Shown here in pieces: positions 20,753-30,044 of a stretch of 51,963 nucleotides of DNA. A program made the translations under genes and the position numbers. Each line of letters starts with the position of its first letter. Within the stretch, counting starts at the first letter, position 1. Origin of the DNA: a bacterium (GTDB taxonomy: Bacteria; UBP14; UBA6098; JAFGQG01); assembly GCA_016930435.1 (NCBI GenBank), contig JAFGGQ010000165.1, forward strand, positions 1-51,963, read 5' to 3'. The notes under the pieces were generated by a model. That model was not told the DNA's origin, searched no databases, and saw nothing but the letters and a program-made list of their open reading frames with translations.

Positions 20753-22096
20753 ATGAAATTCCGGATACTTATTATTGATGATGAGTCTTCGCAGAGGGAG
20801 CTTTTAAAGGGCTATTTAAGTAAACAGGGATTTGAGACGGAAACAGCGGGAAGCGGGGAGAAAGCCCTGGAGCTCTTTAAGGAAACCGTTTTTGACCTGG
20901 CATTGGTAGATTTTAAATTGCCCGGCATGGATGGTATATCCCTTATTTCCGAATTCCGGGAGATAGATCCTTATTTCCAGGCGGTGATGCTTACTGCTTA
21001 CGGAACGGTGGAATCGGCGGTTCGCGGTATGAAGGCCGGGGCTTTCGACTTTATCACCAAACCGGTGAATCTGAACGAGCTAATGGAAATAATCCATAAG
21101 GCATTGGAGCATCGCAATCTCCTGCAGGAAAACAAGTTGCTCAAGGAGCAGTTAAAAAGCTCTTATCCTGAAAGTATAGTTGCCGAAAGCCCATCTATGC
21201 GGAAGGTTCTGGAGCTTGTTACCCGGATCGCTGCCACGGATGTTGGGGTTCTGATCATCGGGGAGAGTGGAACAGGCAAGGATCTTATAGCCCGGGCAGT
21301 ACATGCTTTAAGTCACCGTCAAGAAGGGTCATTTATTCCTATTAACTGTGCGGCCATCCCGGAGAATCTACTGGAATCGGAGTTATTCGGTTATGAAAAG
21401 GGTGCATTTACGGGCGCGGCTTCCCGTAAACCGGGCAAACTGGAGTTGGCCAGCGGTGGCACAATATTCCTGGATGAGATCGGGGATATGCCCCCGGGCC
21501 TTCAGGCAAAACTCCTGCGTTTCCTCCAGGACGGTAAGTTCTTCCGGCTGGGAGGCTGCTCGGAGATTCAATCCGACGCCCGGGTGATCGCCGCAACCAA
21601 CCAGAACCTGGAGTTGCTGATCCGGGAAAAGCGGTTCCGGGAGGACCTTTATTTCCGGCTGAAGGTCATTACCCTGGAGATCCCCCCCCTCCGGGTGAGG
21701 CGGCAGGATATTCTCCCACTGGGTGAGCTGTTCCTGCAAAAATTCAGGGCAAAGCATCACAAGGAAATTTCAGGGTTCTCCGTGGATCTCAGAAAGTTTA
21801 TGCTGGATTATTCCTGGCCGGGGAATGTCCGTGAACTGGAGAACGCCGTTGAGAGGGCGGTAGTGCTCGCCCGGACAAGCCTGCTGCAATTTACTGATTT
21901 CGTCTTTAGCGCGGTTTCTGGTTCAGATAAGGCAGTAACCCTGGAGGAGTTAGAAAGCGCTCACATCAAGAAGATACTGGAACAGGTGGATGGTCATCTT
22001 ATCGAAGCCGCCGACCTGCTGGGGATTCACCGCAACACCCTGCGCCAGAAGATTCGGAAATACGGGCTCGACAAGGGTGGAATCAAGCGTTCATAG
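20753..22096 (+). CDS. sigma-54-dependent response regulator (NtrC/AtoC family: receiver, AAA+, Fis-type HTH)
   Basis: 447 aa. A receiver domain (ILIIDDE...[10 protein letters not shown]), Walker [10 protein letters not shown], the GAFTGA motif (EKGAFTGAA) and a C-terminal helix-turn-helix are present. Confidence 0.9.
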   Translation: MKFRILIIDDESSQRELLKGYLSKQGFETETAGSGEKALELFKETVFDLALVDFKLPGMDGISLISEFREIDPYFQAVMLTAYGTVESAVRGMKAGAFDFITKPVNLNELMEIIHKALEHRNLLQENKLLKEQLKSSYPESIVAESPSMRKVLELVTRIAATDVGVLIIGESGTGKDLIARAVHALSHRQEGSFIPINCAAIPENLLESELFGYEKGAFTGAASRKPGKLELASGGTIFLDEIGDMPPGLQAKLLRFLQDGKFFRLGGCSEIQSDARVIAATNQNLELLIREKRFREDLYFRLKVITLEIPPLRVRRQDILPLGELFLQKFRAKHHKEISGFSVDLRKFMLDYSWPGNVRELENAVERAVVLARTSLLQFTDFVFSAVSGSDKAVTLEELESAHIKKILEQVDGHLIEAADLLGIHRNTLRQKIRKYGLDKGGIKRS

Positions 22097-22261
22097 GGTC
22101 ATTCAACCCATTTAATACAGTTGCAATTAACTATAATGCCTGAAATATCGAAAAACAGAATATTCGAATATCAACTTCGGAATAAAATTTGCATTTTTTT
22201 CTACAATTCGTAATACTCATAAATACATGTTCATCAAATATATATCTTATATTCAACATTA

Positions 22262-22744
22262 TCAACTGCATTTTACGGGTTCAACAGAGGCGATTGCCAT
22301 CGCTGCAATGGCTTCACCACGCCCTATCGAGTCCAAGCCCTCATTGGTAGTAGCTTTAATGTTGACGAGAAGTGGGTCCAGGTGTAGTGTGTCGGCGATA
22401 TTCAGTTTCATTTGCCCGATATAATCCGCCAGCCTTGGGGCCTGGGCGATTACAGTAACATCAACATTGTGGGCCTGGTGACCGGCATCGGCAAGGAGTT
22501 CATAAACCCTTTTGAGTAGAACAAGTGAGGAGATGTTTTTATAGGCGGGATCGGTATCCGGGAAGTGCTGCCCGATATCTCCCAGGCCAGCCGCGCCCAG
22601 AAGGGCATCGGCAAGGGCATGAAGCAGAACATCGGCGTCGGAGTGACCCATAAGACCTCGCTCGAAGGGAATTTCCACACCGCCCAGCACCAGCAGCCTT
22701 CCCGACACCAGGCGATGAATGTCATATCCGATTCCAAATCGCAT
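22262..22744 (-). CDS. ispF: 2-C-methyl-D-erythritol 2,4-cyclodiphosphate synthase
   Basis: 160 aa. MRFGIGYDIHRL...GHSDADVLLHA is highly characteristic of IspF. Confidence 0.9.
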   Translation of the reverse strand: MRFGIGYDIHRLVSGRLLVLGGVEIPFERGLMGHSDADVLLHALADALLGAAGLGDIGQHFPDTDPAYKNISSLVLLKRVYELLADAGHQAHNVDVTVIAQAPRLADYIGQMKLNIADTLHLDPLLVNIKATTNEGLDSIGRGEAIAAMAIASVEPVKCS

Positions 22745-22767
22745 TACTTTGCTCCTGCTGCTAATTT

Positions 22768-23526
22768 CTACCTTTTCTTCAACAATACAAAATTATCGTT
22801 ACTGGCCTGTTTGAGCTCTGCAAACCGATCCTGTTCATACCAGCCCAGAAATTCGAATTTGCCATTCTTAGCCACCAGCATATAAAGTTCCTGGGGGAAG
22901 ATCAGCTTTGTCTTACGGGTCTCCTCGAAAGCCTGGTGAACCCCTGCATCGTCCACTTCGAGTTTCAGGGTTTCCTTCACCGTCTGCCAGAGGGCATCTT
23001 CCAACTCCAGGGTATAACTTGTTTTCACCTTTATCCCGTCGCGTTGCTGCTCCCAGCTCTTAGTCCCGAAGAAATCCTTGAGGGGCCAGTTAAGACGAAG
23101 ATTCTCGATAAAATAGAGACCGCCGGCATAGAGGGAATAAGCCACCGAATCCAAATGGGATAGGAAGTCCCGGTTGCTGCCGAGCAGATTAACGGTACCC
23201 ATCATACAGCAGGCAAAATCCGCCTTTTTCTCCAGGCGGAAATCTGCCATATTTGCGGTGAAAGTCTCAATTCTCAAGCCTTCTTCGAGGGCCTTGTCAC
23301 GGAGGTAAGCCAGCATCGAAGGGGAATTATCCAGGCCAGTGCATTCATAGCCCCGCCGGGCCAGCTCCCTTAATTGCAGGGATGGTCCGCAGCCGATATC
23401 CAGTACCCGTTTAGCAGGCAAACGAAAGTGTCTCTTGAATATCTCCTGGAAGAGGTCTATCTGCTTTTTGATATCTACAAATCCAAAGGCTAGCTCATAA
23501 TATAAAGGGTGTTCATAGACTCCCAT
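22768..23526 (-). CDS. class I SAM-dependent methyltransferase
   Basis: 252 aa. Motif I is VLDIGCGPS. The substrate is unknown. Confidence 0.7.
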   Translation of the reverse strand: MGVYEHPLYYELAFGFVDIKKQIDLFQEIFKRHFRLPAKRVLDIGCGPSLQLRELARRGYECTGLDNSPSMLAYLRDKALEEGLRIETFTANMADFRLEKKADFACCMMGTVNLLGSNRDFLSHLDSVAYSLYAGGLYFIENLRLNWPLKDFFGTKSWEQQRDGIKVKTSYTLELEDALWQTVKETLKLEVDDAGVHQAFEETRKTKLIFPQELYMLVAKNGKFEFLGWYEQDRFAELKQASNDNFVLLKKR

Positions 23527-23558
23527 AGGTAACTCCTCTTTGATTTGACCCGTTTAAT

Positions 23559-24719
23559 CTAAAATAAAATTCCGCCTTTAAGGTATTGTATTCGCTGATA
23601 TGATTCTTCAATGTACTCCGGGTTAATTTCTCCCTCTTCAAGGAGGTTTACGATCACCCCGATGACCTCTTCGGCGAGCTGTGAATTATAGGGTGGTGAA
23701 TTATTGGAGAAGAGGAGTATATCGACACCGGCGAGGATGGCTTTCTTAATACTCTCCCGGAATCCGTAGTGCTCAACGATAGCTGCCATCTGAAGATCGT
23801 CGGAGATCACCACACCCTGGAAGCCCAGTTCGCCGCGTAGCAGGCCGGTTATGATGTTAAAGGACAGGGTTGCCGGATAATCCGGGTCCAGATTGGCGTT
23901 GAAGATATGAGCGGTCATCACCGCATCGCATTCGCCTTGCGTGATAAAATCCAGATAGGGTTCGAGTTCTGTATCCGACCAGGTCCCGGTTACATCGGCA
24001 ACGCCGTAATGGGAGTCGGCAGTAGAACTCCCGTGCCCGGGGAAATGCTTCAGGGTGCAGAATACCCCGTTGTTGTGATGCTCTTCAACGAAGATCCGTG
24101 CGTGCTGGGTAACTGCCGCCGGGTCTGCCGAAAAACTGCGTTCCTTTCGCCCTATTACCGGGCAATCGGGATTCACATTCAGGTCCACTACCGGCGCGAA
24201 ATTCAGGGTAATCCCCAGTCCGGCAAGGGTCTGGGCTATGGATGCCGACCAATATTTTGTGGTATCCGTACAATCTGCCTCACCCAGATGCTGGGCGGAA
24301 ACCGTCGGCGGAAAGCCATAACTTTCCTTTAAACGGTTCACCATGCCACCCTCCTGGTCTATGGCTATCAGCAAGGGAATAGTATCCAGCCCTTGAAGCC
24401 CCATAATAAGCTCTGTAAGCTGATCCGGAGACTGGATATTACGATTATAGGAATAAGAAGGCAGGTCATAGTCATAAAGAACCACCCCCCCGATATGCCG
24501 GTCCAGAATATCGGCTACGATATGGTCGCTATCATCAACTTCCATCCCCCTGAAGCCGATCATGACCATCTGCCCGATCTTGAAACGAAGCTCCTCGTCA
24601 ACGGGGTAACCATTGTTGGGTTCCGAGGGAGAATCCCCGCATCCTGCCAGACCCAGAAGCGCGCTTGAGAACAGGATCACCCCCAAAAAATGATATAAAC
24701 GGCTTTTAGATATTATCAT
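23559..24719 (-). CDS. glycoside hydrolase family 3 beta-N-acetylhexosaminidase (NagZ-like), lipoprotein
   Basis: 386 aa. A lipobox LLGLAGCGD is present. The GH3 signature KHFPGHG and the N-terminal catalytic domain only are present. Confidence 0.75.
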   Translation of the reverse strand: MIISKSRLYHFLGVILFSSALLGLAGCGDSPSEPNNGYPVDEELRFKIGQMVMIGFRGMEVDDSDHIVADILDRHIGGVVLYDYDLPSYSYNRNIQSPDQLTELIMGLQGLDTIPLLIAIDQEGGMVNRLKESYGFPPTVSAQHLGEADCTDTTKYWSASIAQTLAGLGITLNFAPVVDLNVNPDCPVIGRKERSFSADPAAVTQHARIFVEEHHNNGVFCTLKHFPGHGSSTADSHYGVADVTGTWSDTELEPYLDFITQGECDAVMTAHIFNANLDPDYPATLSFNIITGLLRGELGFQGVVISDDLQMAAIVEHYGFRESIKKAILAGVDILLFSNNSPPYNSQLAEEVIGVIVNLLEEGEINPEYIEESYQRIQYLKGGILF

Positions 24720-24907
24720 GTTCTTTTACATGTATTATTAATAAAAAACAGAAGCACTAAACTTGTATTCTTCTCGCATTAAAATCTCACCATCTCACCT
24801 AAATTTCACTATTCAACGTTAATTATAAAAAAACAACAGCAGAACCTCCCAGTTTGTTGTAAATTAAGCTTTAGAAAAACAACATCAAACAAAGAGGTTT
24901 CACCCAA

Positions 24908-25033
24908 ATGGTGGAAATAAAATATGAAATAGTAGATAAAAAAGCAAGATGTTTCGGAGGACTTCATCCACTTTCTGAATTACTACGTCAAATAGGTTTT
25001 AAAGATTCATGCTTTATGTTGATTATTATTTAA
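24908..25033 (+). CDS. possible small ORF (41 aa, MVEIKYEIVDKKARCFGGLHPLSELLRQIGFKDSCFMLIII)
   Basis: An open frame in an otherwise stop-rich AT-rich spacer. An AAAGAGG ribosome-binding-site-like sequence lies 10 nt upstream. No homology recognised. It may be spurious. Confidence 0.15.
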   Translation: MVEIKYEIVDKKARCFGGLHPLSELLRQIGFKDSCFMLIII

Positions 25034-25184
25034 TCTTAAGCTCTTTGATTTCTTTTCTCTTGACCACTATTCAATGGAAGATTACGCCTTATAAAAAAGG
25101 AAATGAAGTAAAACCTGTTCGATTTCAAAAAGACTATTAAAATAAATATAGAAAAATTGTAAAAACAGGCAAAACATTATTAGT

Positions 25185-25206
25185 GAAAAGATAAAGCAGA
25201 ATTTAG
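25185..25206. repeat. 22-nt exact repeat copy A (GAAAAGATAAAGCAGAATTTAG)
   Basis: Identical to 51833-51854. Both copies are followed within 5-15 nt by TTCCCGG. Confidence 0.8.
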
Positions 25207-25261
25207 ATATAAATTCATTCCCGGTTTAAGGGCAACAGTCAATAGCGTTTTAATTTTGAAG

Positions 25262-25289
25262 TTGACAAGCCTGTTTTAGGATATATTTT
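25262..25289 (+). promoter_or_regulatory. sigma-70-like promoter upstream of tRNA-Glu
   Basis: TTGACA (25262-25267), then TATTTT (25284-25289) with a 16-nt spacer, or TATATT with a 14-nt spacer. It lies about 28 nt upstream of the mature tRNA 5' end. Confidence 0.35.
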
Positions 25290-25316
25290 GAGTGGGAAAT
25301 CAGCGACGTTAAGGAT

Positions 25317-25391
25317 GGCCCCATCGTCTAGCCAGGCTCAGGACGCTGGCCTCTCAAGCCGGTAACACGGGTTCGAATCCCGTTGGGGCCA
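25317..25391 (+). tRNA. tRNA-Glu (anticodon CUC)
   Basis: Manual cloverleaf. The acceptor stem pairs GGCCCCA with TGGGGCC. The D stem is GTCT/GGAC. The anticodon stem CTGGC/GCCGG carries the loop CTCTCAA, giving anticodon CTC. The T arm is ACGGG-TTCGAAT-CCCGT. It is close to E. coli tRNA-Glu in sequence. No CCA is encoded. Confidence 0.85.
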
Positions 25392-25485
25392 TTTTGTTTT
25401 ATATCGAGCCCAAGCAGGTCAACTTGCTAAATCATGATCAGGAAATTTAAGATTAGTAACCCTGGTTTCCAAAATCAAAAAGAAG

Positions 25486-26424
25486 TTAATCAGAGGGGTT
25501 AATGTTCTTCAAGTTCATCCCGCTGGAAAAGTTACCCTCCTGTTTCTCCGGATTGAACGTATAAGTGGTTCTCTTGCTAATTCCGTTTTTAAAAACTTTT
25601 TCAGGAGGTTGGGCCAAAACAGAATCGAGAAATACCCGGACAATTGCCGGGGTAGCGAAATCTCCTATAATAGCTTCCCCATTTTGAATATAGACCGAAT
25701 CGTTGATTATCTCCAGTTCGGTCCCCATATAATAAAGCACGTTCTTTTTAAAGAACATATCCACCTTATCAGGGTATTGAGGATCCCGGGCATCAATAAA
25801 AATCCCGGTATCGGTCCGGGTAACAACCAGGCTGTCCCAGGGCACCCATAGCTCTTCACACAAACCGATTATGGAGTAACAATCAGCCGGATCAACCTTG
25901 TAAAAAATGAAACTGGCCTTTAAATCAGTAGCATCAGGACTGGATAATTTGAGTAACCAGGTAGTCTTGAGGATGATCTCTCCCTCCCTGATTTCGAACT
26001 TTAAGACGGTTTGATCCTCCTCCCATGGTTTTAATTCAAATACCACTTCCCGGGACATCTTGAGGGAGCTTTGCCATTTAGTCCCCGGAATAAAAATCTC
26101 TTGCTTCTCCAAAAAACGAATGATCAGCATATCTTTTAAGTAAATTATCTCCTGACAGTTTTCCAGTGGGAAGTATGTATGTATCTTCTCGTTCAGCCGC
26201 AACAATGTTTGCCGCCTGATGATAAAGTTCTTAATTTGAAGGGAGTGATGTACCTCATAGAAGAGCTGCAGAAGCTCTTCCCTGGATACAAAATCCCGCG
26301 CCTGCATATATTCCACTAATTCCACCAGGTATAACTCCCTCATCCCCGTAGTATCAATATCATAAGCAAAAACGGTACCAATTATGACCAATAAAGCTAA
26401 AATTATAAGTATCGATCTTTTCAT
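25486..26424 (-). CDS. hypothetical secreted/membrane-anchored protein
   Basis: 312 aa. The N-terminus MKRSILIILALLVIIGTVFA is a signal peptide or anchor. No recognisable family. Confidence 0.55.
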   Translation of the reverse strand: MKRSILIILALLVIIGTVFAYDIDTTGMRELYLVELVEYMQARDFVSREELLQLFYEVHHSLQIKNFIIRRQTLLRLNEKIHTYFPLENCQEIIYLKDMLIIRFLEKQEIFIPGTKWQSSLKMSREVVFELKPWEEDQTVLKFEIREGEIILKTTWLLKLSSPDATDLKASFIFYKVDPADCYSIIGLCEELWVPWDSLVVTRTDTGIFIDARDPQYPDKVDMFFKKNVLYYMGTELEIINDSVYIQNGEAIIGDFATPAIVRVFLDSVLAQPPEKVFKNGISKRTTYTFNPEKQEGNFSSGMNLKNINPSD

Positions 26425-26657
26425 TTTTTAAATCCGGCCGGTTCTATATATCGGTTATGTATAGTCTGTATAAATTAATCTTATTTAAATTATTGGTTTG
26501 TCAACCAAAAAGATTTTCGGTATTCTAAAAATATTACCGAATGTTTTGCTGCACTATTCCGGTAAGAGCAATCCCGGAATAATCAGGATCCAATAGACTA
26601 ATGAGGCAGATTTCTATTGGGGTTTTTAAGGTAATTATCAGAAACTATCGAACTGCT

Positions 26658-29420
26658 TCAGAAAAGTGTTTCAGGCAGGATAATACGTGGACGTCTGACT
26701 CCCACCCGAAGCTGTGTGGTGCCATCTAACAGGGCTAATTTTCCCTGGTGTTGTTTCAGTATGCTTAGCATTTCAAAATTTATCTCCCGGTTACCAAAGC
26801 CTTCGAGGGCAACCACGGTAAAGGGGGGTTGTTTTTTCCAGAAATGTCTTAAGTGAGCGCTTCCCATAATCAAACCTGCTGGATTCTTTTCCTGTAGTTG
26901 ATAAAGCATCTCTCTGCTTAGATTGGGTGCTACCAGGATACACCCCGGCTGAGCATCATCGAAACGCAATTCCCCGGCAGTTTCTCCCCCATTGCCCCAG
27001 GCACCTTTTAGTATTATTCCGCGGTTAGAAACGCTGCAACCAAGGGTACTTACTTTATCAACAATGCCAGGCAACCAGGCCCTTACCTCTAATTCCTCGA
27101 GCAGTGGCAATATGGTGATGATCCCTTCTTTCGGGTCAATTGCCTTTACTGCCCCCCGGACCGGTGATTTACAGAACTTCACCTCATTTACATCCATTTT
27201 GGATGCCAGCAATTGCCCTTTATCCACAACATCCCCCACCTGGCACTTCAGATAGGGCTTCAGATAAACTGCCTTTATGCCTAATACCTTAGCTGTATCT
27301 ACCAGATATTTCTCCTGAGCGTGTTCTGCCGTTTCCCGCACAATAATAGTCCCATTAGAGAGAATTTTTTCCAGCTTGCCTTCTACAGGCGACCGGAATT
27401 TCTTCCCGAACAGTGTTTTTTCACGTGCGATAATTTCCTCATTTTTAATATGATCCCCTTCTTTTTTCAGTAGTACTTCCCGGATATCCTGGGGATGGAT
27501 ACCCAGTGTTTCAGCAACATTCAGGAAAAATGGGCGGAGAAAAGCCCTTTTGCATTTGGCTACTAATGTTTGGGGATCGACTTTCTGTCCTACCCTAACG
27601 AAAACATCACCGGGAATGGCCAGTTCACGGGGGAGGGTAATGGCGCCCCGGTAAATTCGGCTTTCCTCCTTAAGTTTAATTACCGGTTCGGGTAAACTAT
27701 AATGATCGTGAACGAGTTTGGTGGTTTTGACCTTGCAGGGCCTTCCCCGTGCATCAACGATAAACCCCAAAAGGGAATCCTCTATCTCAATCGTGCCGTC
27801 CATGACCTTAACCACTCCGGATTTCAATCTGACTTTAAAATTCCCTTGCCGGGGAGGCTTGATAAATATTAGTTCTCCCAGGGTAACCTGGGACGGGAGA
27901 TCGAATTTTTCTTCTGCCGGGGCTAACTTTAGTACCAATTCGCCGGGATGGGCAGGGCCCTTGACCCCCAGTACAGTTGCCAGTTTGACCAAACCCAGCT
28001 TTTCATATAACTGTTGCGCAAGGTCCGGCGCCAAGCCTGCCAGCACTCCCAAATGCGGGAACATGAATGCGCTATCCACCGCAAGGGCAATCTTGCCAAC
28101 CGGCAAAAGGGCGTCAAGAAGCATCATTGCGGCTACTTCACGGGGGGAATGGGAGAGAGTGCCTCCACTGCCAATAACCAGATCATACCCATCTAAAAAT
28201 AAAGAGACTGAATTTTCCGGTTTGAAAACATCTGAGATATTCCGTCCCGGTTTATGTTTTCCCCGGGCGACCGTTACGGAGGAACCCCCCAAAACGGTGA
28301 GATGGTCTTTAACGGCTTCCCGAATGGCAATGGTGCCCACAGCTTGTTCTATTCGTAAATCCTTTAAATTACCGGGCAAAGCAGTGGGATTCAAGTACTT
28401 GTTGCCAATGCGGTCGAATAATTCCTCCTCCGATATTGCGAACTGGAGCAGCTCCTTTATGGGTTCTATACCGGCACGTCTGACCACATTGAGGATGCTG
28501 TAACTCATTCCCAAATTAGCGCTGACCGTGCGGAATACCTTTCCTTTTTCAGCGGTAAATACATCGGTAGTCGCCCCTCCTATATCGATAACCATGATCT
28601 TTTGGTTACTGTCCCGGGTAACAAGTGCCAACAGACGGCTAACCGCTGCCGGGGTAGGGATAACCGGTTGCTGAACCCATTGAACGATCTGATTATATCC
28701 TGGGGCATGTGACATCACATGATCGATGAACAATTCATGTATCTTTTCCCGGGCTGGGCCCAGGTTCTCCACCGAGTCAGATGGCCGGATATTGGGAACA
28801 TTAAAATAAAGATATTTGCCGGCAAGGGTCTTTTCAACAAGCTTCCGGGCTTCCTGGTTTCCAGCGTAGATAAGGGGAAGCTGGGCTTTGGGGTTAAGTT
28901 TGGGATGCAATTCCGCCTGGCTCAGTATCTCGGCCAGGAACACCGGTCCTGAGAGCGCTCCGCCCTCAAAACCCCCGGAAAGCAGAATCATATCCGGCCG
29001 CAAGGCCTTCAAAGATTCTATTTGCTGGTAGGGAGTGCGGTCATCATCCAGCGAGATGATGTCCAGAAGAATGGCTCCTGCGCCTAACGCTACACGCTCT
29101 GCGCTGCGCGCAGTCAAGTGGCTTATAAGCCCGTTAACCACCATTGCCAGACCCCCTCCCGCACTGGAAGTGGAGAGATACACCCCACTCGGCCGGCCAT
29201 TCTCAAAAAGCGGCAACCCCGTTTCCCGCCCTAATCCCGAAAAGGTTTCTCGAACACCAACCGTCACATCCTCGTAAGGCCTCTCCACAGTAGTGGGACT
29301 CTCCATCCGCCGATAGCCCCAACGATCATCCTTCTGGAACAGAATCGCTTTTGTCGTGGTGCTTCCGATGTCCGTAATAAAATAATACCTGGGTTGGTCC
29401 TTTGCTCGAGCCATCTTCAT
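26658..29420 (-). CDS. large fusion protein: N-terminal ASKHA-fold ATPase (MutL/EutA-like or HgdC-like activase) plus ~420-aa C-terminal region with biotinyl/lipoyl-type barrel-like motifs; function unknown
   Basis: The ORF-track start at 29423 is a TTG. I chose ATG at 29420 (MKMARAK). The phosphate-1 motif is FITDIGSTTTKAILF and the phosphate-2 motif is VIDIGGATTDVF. The C-terminal half carries xVGDVVDKGQLLAS and VRVGQKVDPQTLVA hybrid-barrel-like motifs. Confidence 0.55.
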   Translation of the reverse strand: MKMARAKDQPRYYFITDIGSTTTKAILFQKDDRWGYRRMESPTTVERPYEDVTVGVRETFSGLGRETGLPLFENGRPSGVYLSTSSAGGGLAMVVNGLISHLTARSAERVALGAGAILLDIISLDDDRTPYQQIESLKALRPDMILLSGGFEGGALSGPVFLAEILSQAELHPKLNPKAQLPLIYAGNQEARKLVEKTLAGKYLYFNVPNIRPSDSVENLGPAREKIHELFIDHVMSHAPGYNQIVQWVQQPVIPTPAAVSRLLALVTRDSNQKIMVIDIGGATTDVFTAEKGKVFRTVSANLGMSYSILNVVRRAGIEPIKELLQFAISEEELFDRIGNKYLNPTALPGNLKDLRIEQAVGTIAIREAVKDHLTVLGGSSVTVARGKHKPGRNISDVFKPENSVSLFLDGYDLVIGSGGTLSHSPREVAAMMLLDALLPVGKIALAVDSAFMFPHLGVLAGLAPDLAQQLYEKLGLVKLATVLGVKGPAHPGELVLKLAPAEEKFDLPSQVTLGELIFIKPPRQGNFKVRLKSGVVKVMDGTIEIEDSLLGFIVDARGRPCKVKTTKLVHDHYSLPEPVIKLKEESRIYRGAITLPRELAIPGDVFVRVGQKVDPQTLVAKCKRAFLRPFFLNVAETLGIHPQDIREVLLKKEGDHIKNEEIIAREKTLFGKKFRSPVEGKLEKILSNGTIIVRETAEHAQEKYLVDTAKVLGIKAVYLKPYLKCQVGDVVDKGQLLASKMDVNEVKFCKSPVRGAVKAIDPKEGIITILPLLEELEVRAWLPGIVDKVSTLGCSVSNRGIILKGAWGNGGETAGELRFDDAQPGCILVAPNLSREMLYQLQEKNPAGLIMGSAHLRHFWKKQPPFTVVALEGFGNREINFEMLSILKQHQGKLALLDGTTQLRVGVRRPRIILPETLF

Positions 29421-29538
29421 CAATGTATTCGATATATCTTTATAAACGTGCTAACAATATAGTTAAATCTACTTTGTTGGCAATGACTTTATGAACTACG
29501 TATGCTAAGCACCCTGTTCTATCTTGATATGTTGTTCA

Positions 29539-30015
29539 CTATTCCCTTATCTCCTGGTCCACATAAGGATAGATATAAAACACCACTCCCAGGGCGCAGA
29601 TCATACCGTTAACGGTACGCCACAGGTTTCCGGTGTTCCAGAGTTTCAGAGCCTGTCCGGAACCATCGATGGACATTGGCAGTACCATCAGTAAAAATAC
29701 CCAGAAGGGAAGTACGCGGCTGATTTTTTTCCGGAAAAGTGCGTAGAAATATCCTCCCAGAACCATACCCAGATAGATACCGGTACACCTTGCGCAAACC
29801 GGCAATTGCTTTCCGAACAGGAAATAGGACCGCACAGACTCCTGGTGACAGGAAGGTTTAAATAATAAATAGAGAAAGGGTGATAATATTGAACCCCAAG
29901 CGCTCAACAGCGGGGTTAGAAATACCAGGAGCAGTATCAGGCCGAAAACTCCATTTATGAGTAATAACCAGTGCTTTCTGAAAAAATTTACGGTTCGGTT
30001 CTTTGACGATTCCAT
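29539..30015 (-). CDS. DUF2085 family membrane protein
   Basis: 158 aa with four transmembrane helices. The conserved Cys cluster is KPSCHQ...PVCARCTGIY. Confidence 0.65.
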   Translation of the reverse strand: MESSKNRTVNFFRKHWLLLINGVFGLILLLVFLTPLLSAWGSILSPFLYLLFKPSCHQESVRSYFLFGKQLPVCARCTGIYLGMVLGGYFYALFRKKISRVLPFWVFLLMVLPMSIDGSGQALKLWNTGNLWRTVNGMICALGVVFYIYPYVDQEIRE

Positions 30016-30044
30016 TCATCGATTATGGGTATTAATTATTCGGT

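Noticed and set aside
24720-25485. Genomic island or integrative element at tRNA-Glu.
   Set aside because: No integrase, transposase or obvious direct repeat of the tRNA 3' end was seen. It is kept only as a low-interest note.
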